A DNA stretch of 32,000 nt from Prochlorococcus marinus subsp. pastoris str. CCMP1986 (GCF_000011465.1 NC_005072.1:750001-782000), one strand, 5' to 3'; positions 1 to 10,951 are shown, counted from the first letter of the stretch. Notes: generated from the sequence alone by a model not told the origin. Program-made: numbers and translations.

Positions 1-972
1 TGCAACTTCTTTCTTATTAGTATTTACAATTCTAACAGCCTGATTAACAGTAAAATCTCCTTCTACCTCTTTAACTCCTACAACTAGAAGAGAGGCACCT
101 TTTTGCTCAATTGCAAGACAAGCACCTTCATCTAATGTTATTTGTCCAACTGTTTTAATAGCATGAGATAACCAACTTTTTTTATTACCTACTGGTTTAT
201 CAACAGGATGAAATATTGTCCCTATTTTTTTTTCATTGAAAATATTTATTAAATTATTCTCATTTCTGCCATCGGCTAATTGAACTTCTACACCTCCTTT
301 TGTTGCTATTTCAGCAGCAATTAATTTTGTTGTAATACCACCTGTCCCCCATTCGTTATTATAATTTTGGATGTTTTTATCTTTTATAATTTTCAATTGA
401 TTACTATTAACTTCTTTTATTGGATGAGCATCTTCATTATTTCTTGGGTCTTTTGAATATAAATTTTCTATATCAGTTAATAAAATCAGCTTATTGGCAT
501 TTATGGCTAAAGCAACTAAAGCAGAAAGAGTATCATTGTCTCCATATTTAAGCTCTTCATTGGCAATAGAATCATTCTCGTTGACTATAGGTATGACATT
601 CAGATCAATTAACTTTTGAAATGTTTTTGAAGCATTATTGAAGGATTCTCGTGAATCAAAATCAGTTTTTGTTATTAGTATTTGAGCTATATTATGACCT
701 AGCTTTTTCATTGTCTTTTCATATAAAGTCATTAAATTAACTTGTCCCACTGCAGCTACAGCTTGAAGTGCACTGAGTTCCTTTGGTCTTGTATTCAAAT
801 TTAATTTTTTACATCCTAATCCAACCGCACCACTTGTTACGAGAATGACTTTATTGCCTTTAAAAATAAAACTTGTTAGAGATTTACATAAACTTTCTAT
901 TACTTGTTCTGTAGATTGATCCTCATTTCCTCTGAGAATACTAGTACCAATTTTTACGACCCATTTTTTCAT
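1..972 (-). CDS. proB: glutamate 5-kinase (partial; C-terminal end runs off the left edge of the window)
   Basis: Absent from the ORF track because there is no stop in the window. Reverse complement from ATG 972..970 reads [19 protein letters not shown]..., then [15 protein letters not shown] (amino-acid kinase fold) and a PUA-like tail ([22 protein letters not shown]). ATGA start/stop overlap with the upstream gene. Confidence 0.85.
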   Translation of the reverse strand, partial: MKKWVVKIGTSILRGNEDQSTEQVIESLCKSLTSFIFKGNKVILVTSGAVGLGCKKLNLNTRPKELSALQAVAAVGQVNLMTLYEKTMKKLGHNIAQILITKTDFDSRESFNNASKTFQKLIDLNVIPIVNENDSIANEELKYGDNDTLSALVALAINANKLILLTDIENLYSKDPRNNEDAHPIKEVNSNQLKIIKDKNIQNYNNEWGTGGITTKLIAAEIATKGGVEVQLADGRNENNLINIFNEKKIGTIFHPVDKPVGNKKSWLSHAIKTVGQITLDEGACLAIEQKGASLLVVGVKEVEGDFTVNQAVRIVNTNKKEVA

Positions 973-1463
973 TTTAAGAAATTAGAAATCATTTTTTCTA
1001 GGATTAATGTTAAATTTATATTTATTGGTAATCCATTTTTGCTTAATCTTTTAACTAATATTGTTTGAATATTACATCTATTTCCCACGATAATATCTGT
1101 AAAAATTCTATCTCCTATTATTGCAATATTTTTTGAGTCTTCATTCATTTCTGAAATTACATCCAAAGTAATTTTTTTTCTTGGTTTCAGAGCGTTTGAT
1201 TTATATCTGATATCTAATTCCTTAGCAATCTTTCTAATTCGTTCATTAGAGGGATTATTACTAATTAAGTACATAGAGAATAATTTTTTAGATTCTTTTA
1301 TCCAATTTTTTACATTTATTGGAACTATATTTGATTGGCGACTTAATAATGTACCATCAACATCTATTAATAAGCTTTTAATTCCTTCTTTTTGTAGTTT
1401 TAAATGAGATATTTCATATATAGGTAATTTAGAGTCCCAATAGATATTTACAAGAGAACTCAT
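969..1463 (-). CDS. HAD-superfamily (IIIA, YqeG-like) phosphatase
   Basis: 164-aa ORF with HAD motif I ([10 protein letters not shown]), LISNNP and GDRIFTDI motifs. Translationally coupled to proB. Confidence 0.7.
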   Translation of the reverse strand: MSSLVNIYWDSKLPIYEISHLKLQKEGIKSLLIDVDGTLLSRQSNIVPINVKNWIKESKKLFSMYLISNNPSNERIRKIAKELDIRYKSNALKPRKKITLDVISEMNEDSKNIAIIGDRIFTDIIVGNRCNIQTILVKRLSKNGLPININLTLILEKMISNFLK

Positions 1464-1467
1464 TATT

Positions 1468-2004
1468 TTAAAAACTACTCTTTTCTAACTCAGATTCTAT
1501 TAAGGGTTGAACTTTATCAAATTCATCATCCTCAATTAATAATGCCCCTTGATTGATAAGTTTTCCCACGATAAAAAAAGGATCTAGAGGAATATATAAT
1601 CCATATTCTTGTTCCAATAAATTAAAACTCACAAGTAATTCATATGTTTCACTTTCCTCCTCTATACCATCTTCTTCTAACTCATCATAAATTGGCTCTT
1701 CGAGTTCACCAGATACAGTTAATGTAACTGCGGATCTTATAAGTTTTAGATCATGTTCTTGTAGAACTGCATCAGCATTCTTTAAGACTTGCTCGTTTTT
1801 CTCAATTTTTTCAATTAATTCTGGCTCATCATTTTCATTAATTTTGAATAAACTGACTGGTGTATCTACGGGTGTTAATAATGCATATTCTTTTTCTTCA
1901 ACCTTTACTATTTGTTCAAGATAACAAAATAGTTCATTTCCATTTGAATCATTTAAAATAAGTGTCTGTGCCTCATAATTATCTTTGGAGTTATGATCGT
2001 TCAT
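1468..2004 (-). CDS. conserved acidic hypothetical protein (DUF1292/DUF3727-like)
   Basis: 178-aa ORF, highly acidic, with an EYALLTPVDTPV segment reminiscent of DUF1292-type proteins. Tight spacing in a co-directional gene string. Confidence 0.5.
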   Translation of the reverse strand: MNDHNSKDNYEAQTLILNDSNGNELFCYLEQIVKVEEKEYALLTPVDTPVSLFKINENDEPELIEKIEKNEQVLKNADAVLQEHDLKLIRSAVTLTVSGELEEPIYDELEEDGIEEESETYELLVSFNLLEQEYGLYIPLDPFFIVGKLINQGALLIEDDEFDKVQPLIESELEKSSF

Positions 2005-2037
2005 TTTTGATTTAACTTATATAGATTTATATTAATA

Positions 2038-2493
2038 TTATATTTGTTTATTACCCACTAATTCTTTTAACTCAGGACCTTCCTGAATCCATTGCTCAAG
2101 AATTATTTTGGCAGATAAGCTATCAATAAGTCCAGATTTATCTTTCTTTACTCCAAATCTATTTGTTGATTCCCACGTTGAGCTATGTTCATTGACGAAG
2201 GAAAAAGGAAGTTTTAATTCATTAAAAAGAAATTCACCATAAGTTTTGCAATCAAGAGCTTGAGATGTCATCCCCCCCGCCTCATCAAGTGGTAAACCAA
2301 CGATAAAACCAGTTAAATTGTGTTTTTTAATGTGTTCTTTAATAATAATTATTTCGTTATTATTTCTTTCTCTCTTTAATGCAGGAAGAATATTTACCGT
2401 AATAAAAAGTGAATCACAATATGCTAATCCTATTCTTTTTAGCCCAACATCTAAACTTAATATTGACTTAGATTTGGGCTTGCAATATTTCAC
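2038..2493 (-). CDS. ruvX: YqgF/RuvX-family putative pre-16S rRNA nuclease (Holliday junction resolvase-like)
   Basis: 151 aa with N-terminal [12 protein letters not shown] (DxGxxRIGxA RNase-H-fold motif) and [11 protein letters not shown] start overlaps the upstream stop (GTGA). Confidence 0.8.
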   Translation of the reverse strand: MKYCKPKSKSILSLDVGLKRIGLAYCDSLFITVNILPALKRERNNNEIIIIKEHIKKHNLTGFIVGLPLDEAGGMTSQALDCKTYGEFLFNELKLPFSFVNEHSSTWESTNRFGVKKDKSGLIDSLSAKIILEQWIQEGPELKELVGNKQI

Positions 2494-3545
2494 TTAGACT
2501 TCAAAGGAAACGGGGACGGGTAAGCGTTACCTTGTGGATTTAATTTTTCAAAAATTGATTCTAATGATTGGTTTATTTTATTAGTCTGCTTAGATTCGTT
2601 CCTAACAATAGTATTTCTAACAAGGATAATTTCTTGGTAATTATCTCTAAAACCAGAATTCTCTAAATATGTATTTAATTCAGCACTTTCTTCATAAGTC
2701 TTAATTATAGAATAAGGAGATTTTTCAAAAAATTTATTCAGAATATTTTTTAAAATAGGACTTAATCTAGCATCCCAACTTTTACCAATCGTTAATGTAT
2801 AAATTTTATTATCTTGAAAATTTATATCTTTTATAATTGTGCATAAAACAGTATTGTTGTGAATTACTGCCCCGCTATTTGAATCATTTCTATCGGAAAT
2901 ATCTTTTTGATCAAGATCCAATATCGTCCTTATTAATGGAGATTGATTTGAACGAATAAAATTAAGTACATTTACTAAATTTAATTTGGTTATTGCTTGA
3001 AATTCATCAATAAAATAATAATTTTCATTTTTATTTTTAATGGACTTATTAATATTATTTTTACTCCACAGTTTCACCTTTTGTAATGGTTGGAACCCTA
3101 ATTCTCTTGCACTTGAAATAAGGTGATTATTGTCTATATCAGAATTAATTACCCAGCTTGCAGTTTTTATATCTGTAATAGAGATTGATTTCTTTATCAA
3201 TCCTAGTATCAAATCTTTTTCGGTTATTGAAGACTTTATAGTTGTTAAATTAGGCTTCGATATTCTTAAACAAGAACCCTTGAAGTTTAAAGGAAATATA
3301 TTCAAATAACCTACAATTTTTTTTTCCTCTATTGCAATAATACATTTATGCTTAGTTTTTTTTAAGTTATTTAAAAAAATTTTTAAGTCTTCAAAAGTGT
3401 TTATAATTGCCATTTTAAAAAACCAATTATTTAACTTCTCACTTCTAAAATTCATTAATAGATTTAAATGACGAATATGAAGCTCCTCAAAGGTAACTTT
3501 TCTATCTTTATTAGAATTCAAAATATGATTTGAATCTTGTTTCAT
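2490..3545 (-). CDS. conserved hypothetical protein (possible acetyltransferase-like fold)
   Basis: 351-aa uninterrupted ORF in a co-directional operon-like string. No motif I can name with certainty. Confidence 0.5.
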   Translation of the reverse strand: MKQDSNHILNSNKDRKVTFEELHIRHLNLLMNFRSEKLNNWFFKMAIINTFEDLKIFLNNLKKTKHKCIIAIEEKKIVGYLNIFPLNFKGSCLRISKPNLTTIKSSITEKDLILGLIKKSISITDIKTASWVINSDIDNNHLISSARELGFQPLQKVKLWSKNNINKSIKNKNENYYFIDEFQAITKLNLVNVLNFIRSNQSPLIRTILDLDQKDISDRNDSNSGAVIHNNTVLCTIIKDINFQDNKIYTLTIGKSWDARLSPILKNILNKFFEKSPYSIIKTYEESAELNTYLENSGFRDNYQEIILVRNTIVRNESKQTNKINQSLESIFEKLNPQGNAYPSPFPLKSK

Positions 3546-4706
3546 TTATATATTATTCCTTATTAATACTATAGGTGTTTTTTCATCAGAATTGCCTGCG
3601 GGATTAACCTTTAAGATTTCTTTTAGTAAATTATTTACTGAATTATTTGAACTGGCTAATATTTTTACACCACCAAGATCATTTACATCAACTACGGCTA
3701 CTTCTACTTTAAGCTGTTTTGATAACTTATCACAAAACAATTTCGTATTTATTGGACCCATAACTATGCTTTTATCATATGGAACAACTGTTCCACTTAT
3801 GTCATCAATTAGTGAGGATTCAAAACCAGTTAATCTATAAAATATCCCTTTAATTCCAATACATTTAAATAAAAAACCTAAAATTAATGAAAAGGTTATC
3901 CTCATAACACCTATTTTATCGACAAGTAATTGCATACCACAAGCGGTGGCAAGGCTACTTGTGGGATGAAAAAAATAACATAATATTTTTGAAAAAATAT
4001 TGTATTCTAAGTTTTGAGGTGCAACATATCTTCCTTGCATAATTGCAAGTGGTGTTTCACCTATAGTTAAAATATCTTTCTCTCTTGTGACATTTTTGCA
4101 GTAATCCATAACAGTTTCAATTGGATTATCAAATGAGCCAAGCAAATCAGTTTTAACAGCTATAGCTTTATAACCAAGTTTTAAAGGAATTTCAATTAAT
4201 TCTTTTTTATTATGACGATTTAAATTCACTAATAAACCATCTTGTTTTTTAGTAATGCCAAAATGACCGTAATTTTCCCAAAAAATCTTTAACCATATAT
4301 ATTTGATTTTGTTTTTTAAATCACTATTTTTAAATTTTAAAATTACTTGTATTAATAGTTCTGAATTTGCTTTTATAATTGTTGTTGGCCAATAATTATA
4401 TATATTTTTTTTTATAGATCCAGAATAAATATAAATACTTTCCTCATAATCTAAATCTTTAAGATATTGATTATTTTTAGATTGAAAAAAATCTAAATCT
4501 AGATTTAGATTAGAAACCATAGTTTCTTTATGTTTACTTTTATTGATTATTTTTAAATTAATAATTACTTCACTATTTTTATCTTTATTTCTATATTTAT
4601 AATCTAGGGGTAATAAAACCAAATTTGATTTGAGGGATTTATTAAAATAAAAATCTAGAAATATTTTTAAAAATAAAAATAAGAAAATAATTTTTAGAAT
4701 AATCAT
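3546..4706 (-). CDS. membrane-anchored protein with C-terminal CofE-like (F420-0:gamma-glutamyl ligase family) domain
   Basis: 386 aa with an N-terminal hydrophobic helix. The C-terminal part (ILTIGETPLAIMQGRY ... VAVVDVNDLGG) resembles the CofE/F420 ligase fold. This is recalled family resemblance only. Confidence 0.4.
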   Translation of the reverse strand: MIILKIIFLFLFLKIFLDFYFNKSLKSNLVLLPLDYKYRNKDKNSEVIINLKIINKSKHKETMVSNLNLDLDFFQSKNNQYLKDLDYEESIYIYSGSIKKNIYNYWPTTIIKANSELLIQVILKFKNSDLKNKIKYIWLKIFWENYGHFGITKKQDGLLVNLNRHNKKELIEIPLKLGYKAIAVKTDLLGSFDNPIETVMDYCKNVTREKDILTIGETPLAIMQGRYVAPQNLEYNIFSKILCYFFHPTSSLATACGMQLLVDKIGVMRITFSLILGFLFKCIGIKGIFYRLTGFESSLIDDISGTVVPYDKSIVMGPINTKLFCDKLSKQLKVEVAVVDVNDLGGVKILASSNNSVNNLLKEILKVNPAGNSDEKTPIVLIRNNI

Positions 4707-4729
4707 ATGTTTGTTATTTTAAAAACTCA

Positions 4730-5272
4730 TTAGAGATCATTTTTTTTTTCTGAGATAATACTGTTGTATTCGTTAAAGCTTTCAACTGAGAATGATGTCT
4801 CATTAATGTCTATCCCTTTTAATTCTCCAATAATCTTATTTAAATCATCAATATTAACCAATCCATTCTTATCATATTTAACTTCTCCAGTGCTATCCAA
4901 AATTATAGTCTGAGGAATTAAACCATTCCAATAATAACTAGGTAGATTCGAGTCTGTTTTAGAAGAGTTACTTTGTAATTCATCTGTAGTAAGAGCAATT
5001 AAGTCAATATTATTTCTCCAAATAAGATCTAATCCAGAGATTATTGGAGCCATAGCTTTACTGTCAGAGCTGTCGTCAAGATAAAAAAATAAAACAGAGA
5101 TCCTTCCGTTTTTTAATGATTCTTCAAGAGTAGTTTGAGGAGGAACTATAGCTCCATTACCTGCATATATTGGAAAAATATTTCCGTCATAGCTATTTGT
5201 ATCTCTACTTGCATTAGCGGGATAAGAAGTAATAAATATTAATAAGATAAGTATTGATTGAAATAACTTCAT
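4730..5272 (-). CDS. secreted/lumenal thioredoxin-like fold protein
   Basis: 180 aa with a signal peptide (MKLFQSILILLIFITSYPANA) and a thioredoxin-like beta-alpha pattern (VLFFYLDDSSDSK ... LIPQTIILD) without a CxxC. Confidence 0.5.
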   Translation of the reverse strand: MKLFQSILILLIFITSYPANASRDTNSYDGNIFPIYAGNGAIVPPQTTLEESLKNGRISVLFFYLDDSSDSKAMAPIISGLDLIWRNNIDLIALTTDELQSNSSKTDSNLPSYYWNGLIPQTIILDSTGEVKYDKNGLVNIDDLNKIIGELKGIDINETSFSVESFNEYNSIISEKKNDL

Positions 5273-5286
5273 TAAAGGAAGGAAAT

Positions 5287-6909
5287 TTATTTAGTGCTAG
5301 ATCTACCTAAACCTTGTAGGATTCCTTTCCCAACTAAACCAATAGCTTTGCCTACTACTTTTGTTAAGAAATTCACGAAAAGGTTACCAATATATTTTAC
5401 AGCAATTTCTAATTGAGGAGCTATTGCATCTCTAATTTCAACTAATAAAGTAACTTGTTTTTGAAACCACTCTAAATTTTCTAGTTCTTTTTCTCTATTC
5501 TCATTTTTATAGTATCTTGTAAATTTAGAATCAATGATATCGATATATTCGCGTTTACTTTCATATAAATAGATTGGCATATAAATATTTTCATGCCATC
5601 TATTATAGTTGTTGATATTATTTCTAAATCTCTCAAAAGATCTTGTAGATTGCAATTGTGGATTTATCAGTATTGTTCTTAATTCCGGCCAGCTTGAACA
5701 AATATTAAATACTTCAGAGGCTAATAAATTACAATTTCTTATTATCCAATTAGATATTATATTTTCTAGAACAATAAATGACTCTGTTTCGTATAGAGGT
5801 AATAGTTTGCCATCAAAATCTATGGGTTCATTTTTTATTATTGGATCTATAAACATTATTGATTCATGTGACTCTCTATCTTTTTCATTGCAAGTTACTT
5901 CTTTATAAATATATTCATTAATTGAGATGGACTCGCCATTTTTTTTAACTCTGAAATAGCTTTCAGTTATATTTGATATGGTATTAAGCTTAAGTTCTTC
6001 AATAAGAGAATTAAAGTCCTCTTTATAGTCTTTTTCTTTATAATTTTCTTTTATGTTTTTTATTAAATTATCAAGTTCATCAAGCATTGTACAAATTAGA
6101 CGTGAAATAAACTCTTTTTTTATACCTGACAAAATGATAGATGAATTATTAAATTCAACATCAAAATTGGTTGAAGCATACCTCTTACTAAGACGATCAA
6201 GTATTAAATCCCAAATTTCTAATGTATTTTTATCTTTTATAAAAATAGTATTAGTATTTTTATTTTCTATATTGATTTTGTTTTCAGTGTAAATAGCTTC
6301 TGAATAAAGGTCTAAGGAATTGCCCCATAGGAATATTAGGAAGGATTTGGCAGTTATTAGTTCTCTTAATCTTCCCTTTAAAATGAATTTGTAAAATTCA
6401 GGTGTTGAGTCAGAATTCACATATTTGAAAATATAATTTATTTCATTATCAATTTGTTTGAGACCAGATGATAATAATTTCTGATTAAAAGTAAGTTCTT
6501 TTTCTTTTTTAACAACTACAGAAGGATTATTTTCCAAGTCGAATACTCTCCCTCCCTCTGAGATGATATTTATAGACTCTAAAACTTTATCAACACTTGG
6601 ATTTAAAAGTAAACCTTCACTATTTAAAGAGGGAGTTACTTTTGTTTTATTTAAAAGTTCACCAGAAAAAATTACAAGAATATTTGATTCATCCCACCTC
6701 TCTTTTAATTTTAATAATTCCAATCTTATGAGATCTTCAGATTGGTAATTAAGAATATTCCATATTATTAAATCTGGATTTAAATTTTTACTACTGCTAT
6801 CCAGTGTGATATTTAAATTATTGTCTAATGAAGTCAACTTTAATGATAAAGATTCTGCAATTAAGCTTGGAGCAATAATTAGGATTGATTTCTTCTTAAT
6901 TAATTCCAA
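5287..6909 (-). CDS. large conserved cyanobacterial hypothetical protein (DUF3685/Ycf55-like guess)
   Basis: 540-aa ORF with a receiver-like N-terminal beta-alpha segment (SILIIAPSLIAESL). The family assignment is a guess. Confidence 0.45.
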   Translation of the reverse strand: MELIKKKSILIIAPSLIAESLSLKLTSLDNNLNITLDSSSKNLNPDLIIWNILNYQSEDLIRLELLKLKERWDESNILVIFSGELLNKTKVTPSLNSEGLLLNPSVDKVLESINIISEGGRVFDLENNPSVVVKKEKELTFNQKLLSSGLKQIDNEINYIFKYVNSDSTPEFYKFILKGRLRELITAKSFLIFLWGNSLDLYSEAIYTENKINIENKNTNTIFIKDKNTLEIWDLILDRLSKRYASTNFDVEFNNSSIILSGIKKEFISRLICTMLDELDNLIKNIKENYKEKDYKEDFNSLIEELKLNTISNITESYFRVKKNGESISINEYIYKEVTCNEKDRESHESIMFIDPIIKNEPIDFDGKLLPLYETESFIVLENIISNWIIRNCNLLASEVFNICSSWPELRTILINPQLQSTRSFERFRNNINNYNRWHENIYMPIYLYESKREYIDIIDSKFTRYYKNENREKELENLEWFQKQVTLLVEIRDAIAPQLEIAVKYIGNLFVNFLTKVVGKAIGLVGKGILQGLGRSSTK

Positions 6910-6988
6910 TTTTAAAACTCTACCTCTAATACAAAATTAACTAACAAATTCGTTAAAAACCAGTGCTTTATAAATATTTACTGGGTTT

Positions 6989-7756
6989 TCAGGCGTAATA
7001 GTCTTTATTAATTGGAATATCATTTATTCTTTCTGTAGATAAAATATTACTTGCTTCACTTATTGTAAATTTATTTTCATAAAGAGCTTTTCCTACTATT
7101 ACTCCATATAGTCCAGAATCTTCAAATTTAGTTAATGATAACAAGTCTGAAATTGAACCTACACCGCCTGATGCAATAACAGGAATATCAGTAATTTCAA
7201 GAATCTTTTTTATAAAAACTTCATTAGTCCCTTCTAGAGTTCCATCGGTATTAATATCTGTAACAATAAAACTGGCAATTTTAAAAGAGGAAAATTCTTG
7301 TACTAATTCTGTGGCTAATACATCTGATTGTTTTAGCCATCCCCTTGTGCTTACTTTTCCCTCCTTTGCATCTATTCCAATAATAATTCTGCTTGGGAAT
7401 TTGGTTGATAAGCTTTTAACTAGTTCTTTATTTTCTATAGCGGAAGTTCCCATAATAACCTTATCCACGCCGTAAGAAAATAATTGTTTAATCCTTTCTA
7501 GCGATCTTATACCTCCTCCAATTTGAATAGGAATATTAACTGATTTGACAATCTTTTGAATTGATTGATCATTTGTTGGAATACCGGTCTTAGCAGCATC
7601 CAGATCAACAATATGAATACATTTTGCTCCCTCATTCTCCCAGTATTTTGCTTGCTCATAAGGTTCTCTGGAGAAGTCTTTTTTCTTGTTAAAGTCACCT
7701 TTAAAAAGTCTTACACATTTACCATTCATTAAATCTATGGCTGGAATTAGTTTCAT
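6989..7756 (-). CDS. hisA: 1-(5-phosphoribosyl)-5-[(5-phosphoribosylamino)methylideneamino]imidazole-4-carboxamide isomerase
   Basis: 255 aa with MKLIPAIDLMNGKCVRL, IHIVDLDAA, IQIGGGIRS and ASGGVGS, which are typical HisA TIM-barrel motifs. Confidence 0.9.
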   Translation of the reverse strand: MKLIPAIDLMNGKCVRLFKGDFNKKKDFSREPYEQAKYWENEGAKCIHIVDLDAAKTGIPTNDQSIQKIVKSVNIPIQIGGGIRSLERIKQLFSYGVDKVIMGTSAIENKELVKSLSTKFPSRIIIGIDAKEGKVSTRGWLKQSDVLATELVQEFSSFKIASFIVTDINTDGTLEGTNEVFIKKILEITDIPVIASGGVGSISDLLSLTKFEDSGLYGVIVGKALYENKFTISEASNILSTERINDIPINKDYYA

Positions 7757-7848
7757 GGATTTATCCTTTTCATTAATTACTTCTTAGTAGTACTATTCAT
7801 TATGTAGTTCTAACTTAGGTTACTACTTTAGTTTAGTATTTTTTGAAT

Positions 7849-8769
7849 ATGAAAATTCTTGTAATGGGTGGAACAAGATTTGTTGGCAAGTCTTTGGTGA
7901 GTAAATTGCTAAATCAAAATCATGATATTGATATTTTTACAAGGGGTAATAAAACTAATCCTGACAATACAAATTTAATAAAAGGTGATAGAAATGATAT
8001 CGAATGTATTCTTAAACTAAAAAACAAAAAATATGATGTAATTTTCGATATCTCTGGTCGTGAAGTAGAGCAAACTAAACTTCTTATCGAGAATTTAGAC
8101 GATTCTTTCTTTAGATATATCTATGTAAGTTCAGCTGGAGTTTATAAAGATAACTATGAATTACCTTTATCCGAGGATTCTCCGCTTGATACTAATAGTA
8201 GACACAAAGGAAAATTTGAAACTGAAAATTGGTTAGTTGAGAAAAAAATACCTTTTACAAGTTTTAGACCTACTTATATTTATGGACCTGGAAATTATAA
8301 TAAAATTGAAAATTGGTTTTTTGAAAGACTATTTCATCTTAAATCAATCCCAATTCCTGCTGATGGTTCCTTGATTACTCAGTTAGGGCATGTTTCTGAT
8401 TTAAGTGATGTAATGATTAAGTGTTTGGATTTTGAAAAATCTAAAAATAGTATCTATAACTGTTCTGGAGAAAGAGGAGTAACTATAAAAGGTTTAATTT
8501 ATTTGTGTGCAGAAGTTTGTGGTTTAAATAAAACCGATATTTATTTAAATAAATTTGATTTTGAAAAATTAGATCCTAAATCAAGAAAGGGATTCCCAAT
8601 AAGATTAAATCATTATCAAACTGATATTTCAAAAATTAAAAACGATTTAAATTGGAAACCAAAATTTGATTTACTTAGTGGTTTGAAAGACAGCTTTATC
8701 AAAGATTACCAATTTAAAAAGGACAATAAATTTGATAGAACTTCAGATAGTGTTCTTTTTAACGCGTAA
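7849..8769 (+). CDS. NAD-dependent epimerase/dehydratase family protein (CSP41-like)
   Basis: Rossmann motif MKILVMGGTRFVGK at the ATG 7849 (the track ORF starts at an upstream TTG 7843), plus YxxxK-like YIYGPGNY. Confidence 0.7.
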   Translation: MKILVMGGTRFVGKSLVSKLLNQNHDIDIFTRGNKTNPDNTNLIKGDRNDIECILKLKNKKYDVIFDISGREVEQTKLLIENLDDSFFRYIYVSSAGVYKDNYELPLSEDSPLDTNSRHKGKFETENWLVEKKIPFTSFRPTYIYGPGNYNKIENWFFERLFHLKSIPIPADGSLITQLGHVSDLSDVMIKCLDFEKSKNSIYNCSGERGVTIKGLIYLCAEVCGLNKTDIYLNKFDFEKLDPKSRKGFPIRLNHYQTDISKIKNDLNWKPKFDLLSGLKDSFIKDYQFKKDNKFDRTSDSVLFNA

Positions 8770-9285
8770 ATAATCTATAAAAGTTATAAGTGTCAATATA
8801 AATCCCAACCAATAAAATGTTATTCCTAAAGTAGATAATAAATCTTTTGAAAATGGTTGAAAAAATATAATTAATGCAATAAAAAAGGAGAAGGTTTTAT
8901 ATTTCCCAAGTTGAGAGGCAGGTAATCCATCTTTCTTAGTAGTTCTTAATGCAGATATTATTAATTCTCTAAATAATATTATTGCTAATGACCAAAAAGG
9001 GATTATTTCCATTTTACTTAGCCACAATAAAGGTATTAACAAAAATATTTTGTCTGATAATGGGTCAATAATAGCTCCAAACTTCGTTGTAAGATAAAAT
9101 TTTCTTGCAAAATATCCATCAAAATAATCAGTGATGCCTCCAAGAATAATTAAAGCAAAAACAAAATTAGGTCTGTTTATTTCTAGAAATATTATTAGTG
9201 GAAATGTAAGAAATAATCGAGATATTGTTAATATATTTGGAATATTTGCTATTAATTTTTTAATATTTTTTGTTTTGTTTAGCAA
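8743..9285 (-). CDS. pgsA: CDP-diacylglycerol--glycerol-3-phosphate 3-phosphatidyltransferase
   Basis: 180 aa, multi-TM, with the CDP-alcohol phosphatidyltransferase motif (GGITDYFDGYFARKF ... GAIIDPLSDK). Only a TTG start is available. Its 3' end overlaps the convergent gene by 27 nt. Confidence 0.8.
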   Translation of the reverse strand: MLNKTKNIKKLIANIPNILTISRLFLTFPLIIFLEINRPNFVFALIILGGITDYFDGYFARKFYLTTKFGAIIDPLSDKIFLLIPLLWLSKMEIIPFWSLAIILFRELIISALRTTKKDGLPASQLGKYKTFSFFIALIIFFQPFSKDLLSTLGITFYWLGFILTLITFIDYLRVKKNTI

Positions 9286-9420
9286 AATATTTTTTATAAA
9301 TAAAGTACATTTTACACTTATATTGTGTTTTAAGTTTTAACAAAATTCTAAAGATTATAAACACTTCTTCTATCTAAGAATCATTTTATTTTATATTAAT
9401 AAAATATTATTTATAACTAA

Positions 9421-10032
9421 ATGCGACCTCATAGCTTAAAGCTATCTCCAGATTCTGATTTGATTATTTGTATTAAAGAATATTCTTTATCAAATAATCT
9501 ATATGGTTATGTTTCAGGTGTAGTAGGTAATCTTAGTAAGGCTTGTATTCAGTGTCCTGGCAACCAAGAAATTAGTAAATTTGAAGGTAACTTAGAAATA
9601 GTATCCCTTAATGGAAATTTTAATAATGGCGATGTCCATATTCATCTAAGCTTCGCAGATGAGGGATGTAATGTTTTTGGAGGTCATTTAGAAGAAGGCT
9701 CGATTATTAAAAAAGGGACGGACATTTTATTAGTTTCTTTTGAAAATGAGACTATTGATATCTCTAATCAAAATTTAACTAACAATCAATCACGAGTTAA
9801 AGTATATATCCTTAAAAATTGTCCTTGGTCAAAGAGAAGTCTTAGGTTACTTGATTCGTTATCTATTCCGCATGAAGCGATTTTGATCGAGAGTGACAAA
9901 GAGTTTCAAAAGGTTAATTCTTTAAGTAATCACAATACTTTTCCTCAAATATTTTTAGATGATGTTTTTTTTGGAGGATATGATGAACTATCAAAACAAG
10001 CTAAACATGATTATTTAAATTCATTTAAATAA
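9421..10032 (+). CDS. PPC/DUF296 domain fused to a glutaredoxin-like domain
   Basis: The N-half (LEIVSLNGNF..GDVHIHLSFAD..GNVFGGHL) matches the PPC/DUF296 pattern. The C-half (VKVYILKNCPWSKRSLRLL ... TFPQIFLDDVFFGGYDEL) matches the glutaredoxin fold, with CPWS at the active site. Confidence 0.6.
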   Translation: MRPHSLKLSPDSDLIICIKEYSLSNNLYGYVSGVVGNLSKACIQCPGNQEISKFEGNLEIVSLNGNFNNGDVHIHLSFADEGCNVFGGHLEEGSIIKKGTDILLVSFENETIDISNQNLTNNQSRVKVYILKNCPWSKRSLRLLDSLSIPHEAILIESDKEFQKVNSLSNHNTFPQIFLDDVFFGGYDELSKQAKHDYLNSFK

Positions 10033-10043
10033 TCATGTTTAAG

Positions 10044-10232
10044 CTATTTGTCTCGATTTATAAGTTTTTCAGAATTTAATTCATCCTCTAGCTGCTTTAT
10101 TAATCTCGCAACTAGAGTTTGAAATTCCGGCTGACATCCTTTAAATGCTGCTTTATGCCTAATTGGCTCATTTCTTGTTCTTAAATCAGTAAGCATCAAT
10201 TGTAATGCATCAATATTTGGGTTTATTTTCAT
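10044..10232 (-). CDS. small hypothetical protein
   Basis: 62-aa ORF lying 24 nt downstream of the SDR gene on the same strand. No recognisable motif. Confidence 0.4.
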   Translation of the reverse strand: MKINPNIDALQLMLTDLRTRNEPIRHKAAFKGCQPEFQTLVARLIKQLEDELNSEKLINRDK

Positions 10233-10256
10233 TGTTTTTATTTATTTTTGCATCTT

Positions 10257-10916
10257 TTAAATATTTTGCATAGCCTTTTTAAAAGATACTTTTTTATTCT
10301 CACTGGAACTTGTTACTTCTATTGTTTTATTAAAAGATTGTTTGTTACTTAAGGAATCTATACAACATTTTGCTACTAGTCTTCTTGGTATAGAACCTTT
10401 AAATTGTGTATCTTCTTTTGAGTAATCTATGTTCTCATCTTTTATTTTTTCAATTTCTTTTAATCCTCCAGGCCTTATGATTGTCCAATCGAAATTTTGA
10501 TTTTTTAGAAAGTTCTCACCAATTTTTTTCCATATAAGAATTAAACCAAATAAGTTTAATGGGTGAAAAAATTTACCAGTACACAAAGAGCTTACTAAAA
10601 TAACTCTCTTTATTCCGACTCTTTTACAACTTTGTAATTGTCTATACACCCCTAGTGCATCTACTTTTGCAGGTCCAGTTAAATCTAATGAAGCTCTTGC
10701 CCCAGTAGCAATTATTAATGCATCCACATTTTCTAAAGCCTTATCTAATGCAACTTTATTATCTAATGAAATTCTAAAGGTTTCGGTATTTTTAAGATTC
10801 TTTGGAATCTTTGAATTTTTCCTAACTATCTGCTTTACTTTTATTCCTTTCTTCACTGCTTCTTCCGTTATTCTATATCCTGTTTTACCTGAAGCTCCAG
10901 TAATCGCAATTTTCAT
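10257..10916 (-). CDS. NAD(P)-binding atypical SDR (NmrA/Tic62-like)
   Basis: 219 aa with MKIAITGASGKTG (Rossmann GxxGxxG) and the size and pattern of the NAD(P)H-binding PF13460-type family. Confidence 0.7.
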   Translation of the reverse strand: MKIAITGASGKTGYRITEEAVKKGIKVKQIVRKNSKIPKNLKNTETFRISLDNKVALDKALENVDALIIATGARASLDLTGPAKVDALGVYRQLQSCKRVGIKRVILVSSLCTGKFFHPLNLFGLILIWKKIGENFLKNQNFDWTIIRPGGLKEIEKIKDENIDYSKEDTQFKGSIPRRLVAKCCIDSLSNKQSFNKTIEVTSSSENKKVSFKKAMQNI

Positions 10917-10951
10917 GATAATCTATTTAATTTTATAATTATATGAGGTTT

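Noticed and set aside
3592-3840. 82-aa plus-strand track ORF
   Set aside because: It lies entirely antisense within the 386-aa minus-strand gene and has no motif. It is a typical shadow ORF.
5609-6748. Three plus-strand track ORFs (5609..5908, 6053..6292, 6563..6748)
   Set aside because: All are antisense inside the 540-aa minus-strand ORF and have low-complexity products, so I treat them as shadow ORFs.
7507-7698. 63-aa minus-strand ORF in another frame of hisA
   Set aside because: It is nested inside the well-supported hisA reading frame.
9131-9340. 69-aa plus-strand ORF
   Set aside because: It is antisense to the 5' part of pgsA, which has a clear catalytic motif.
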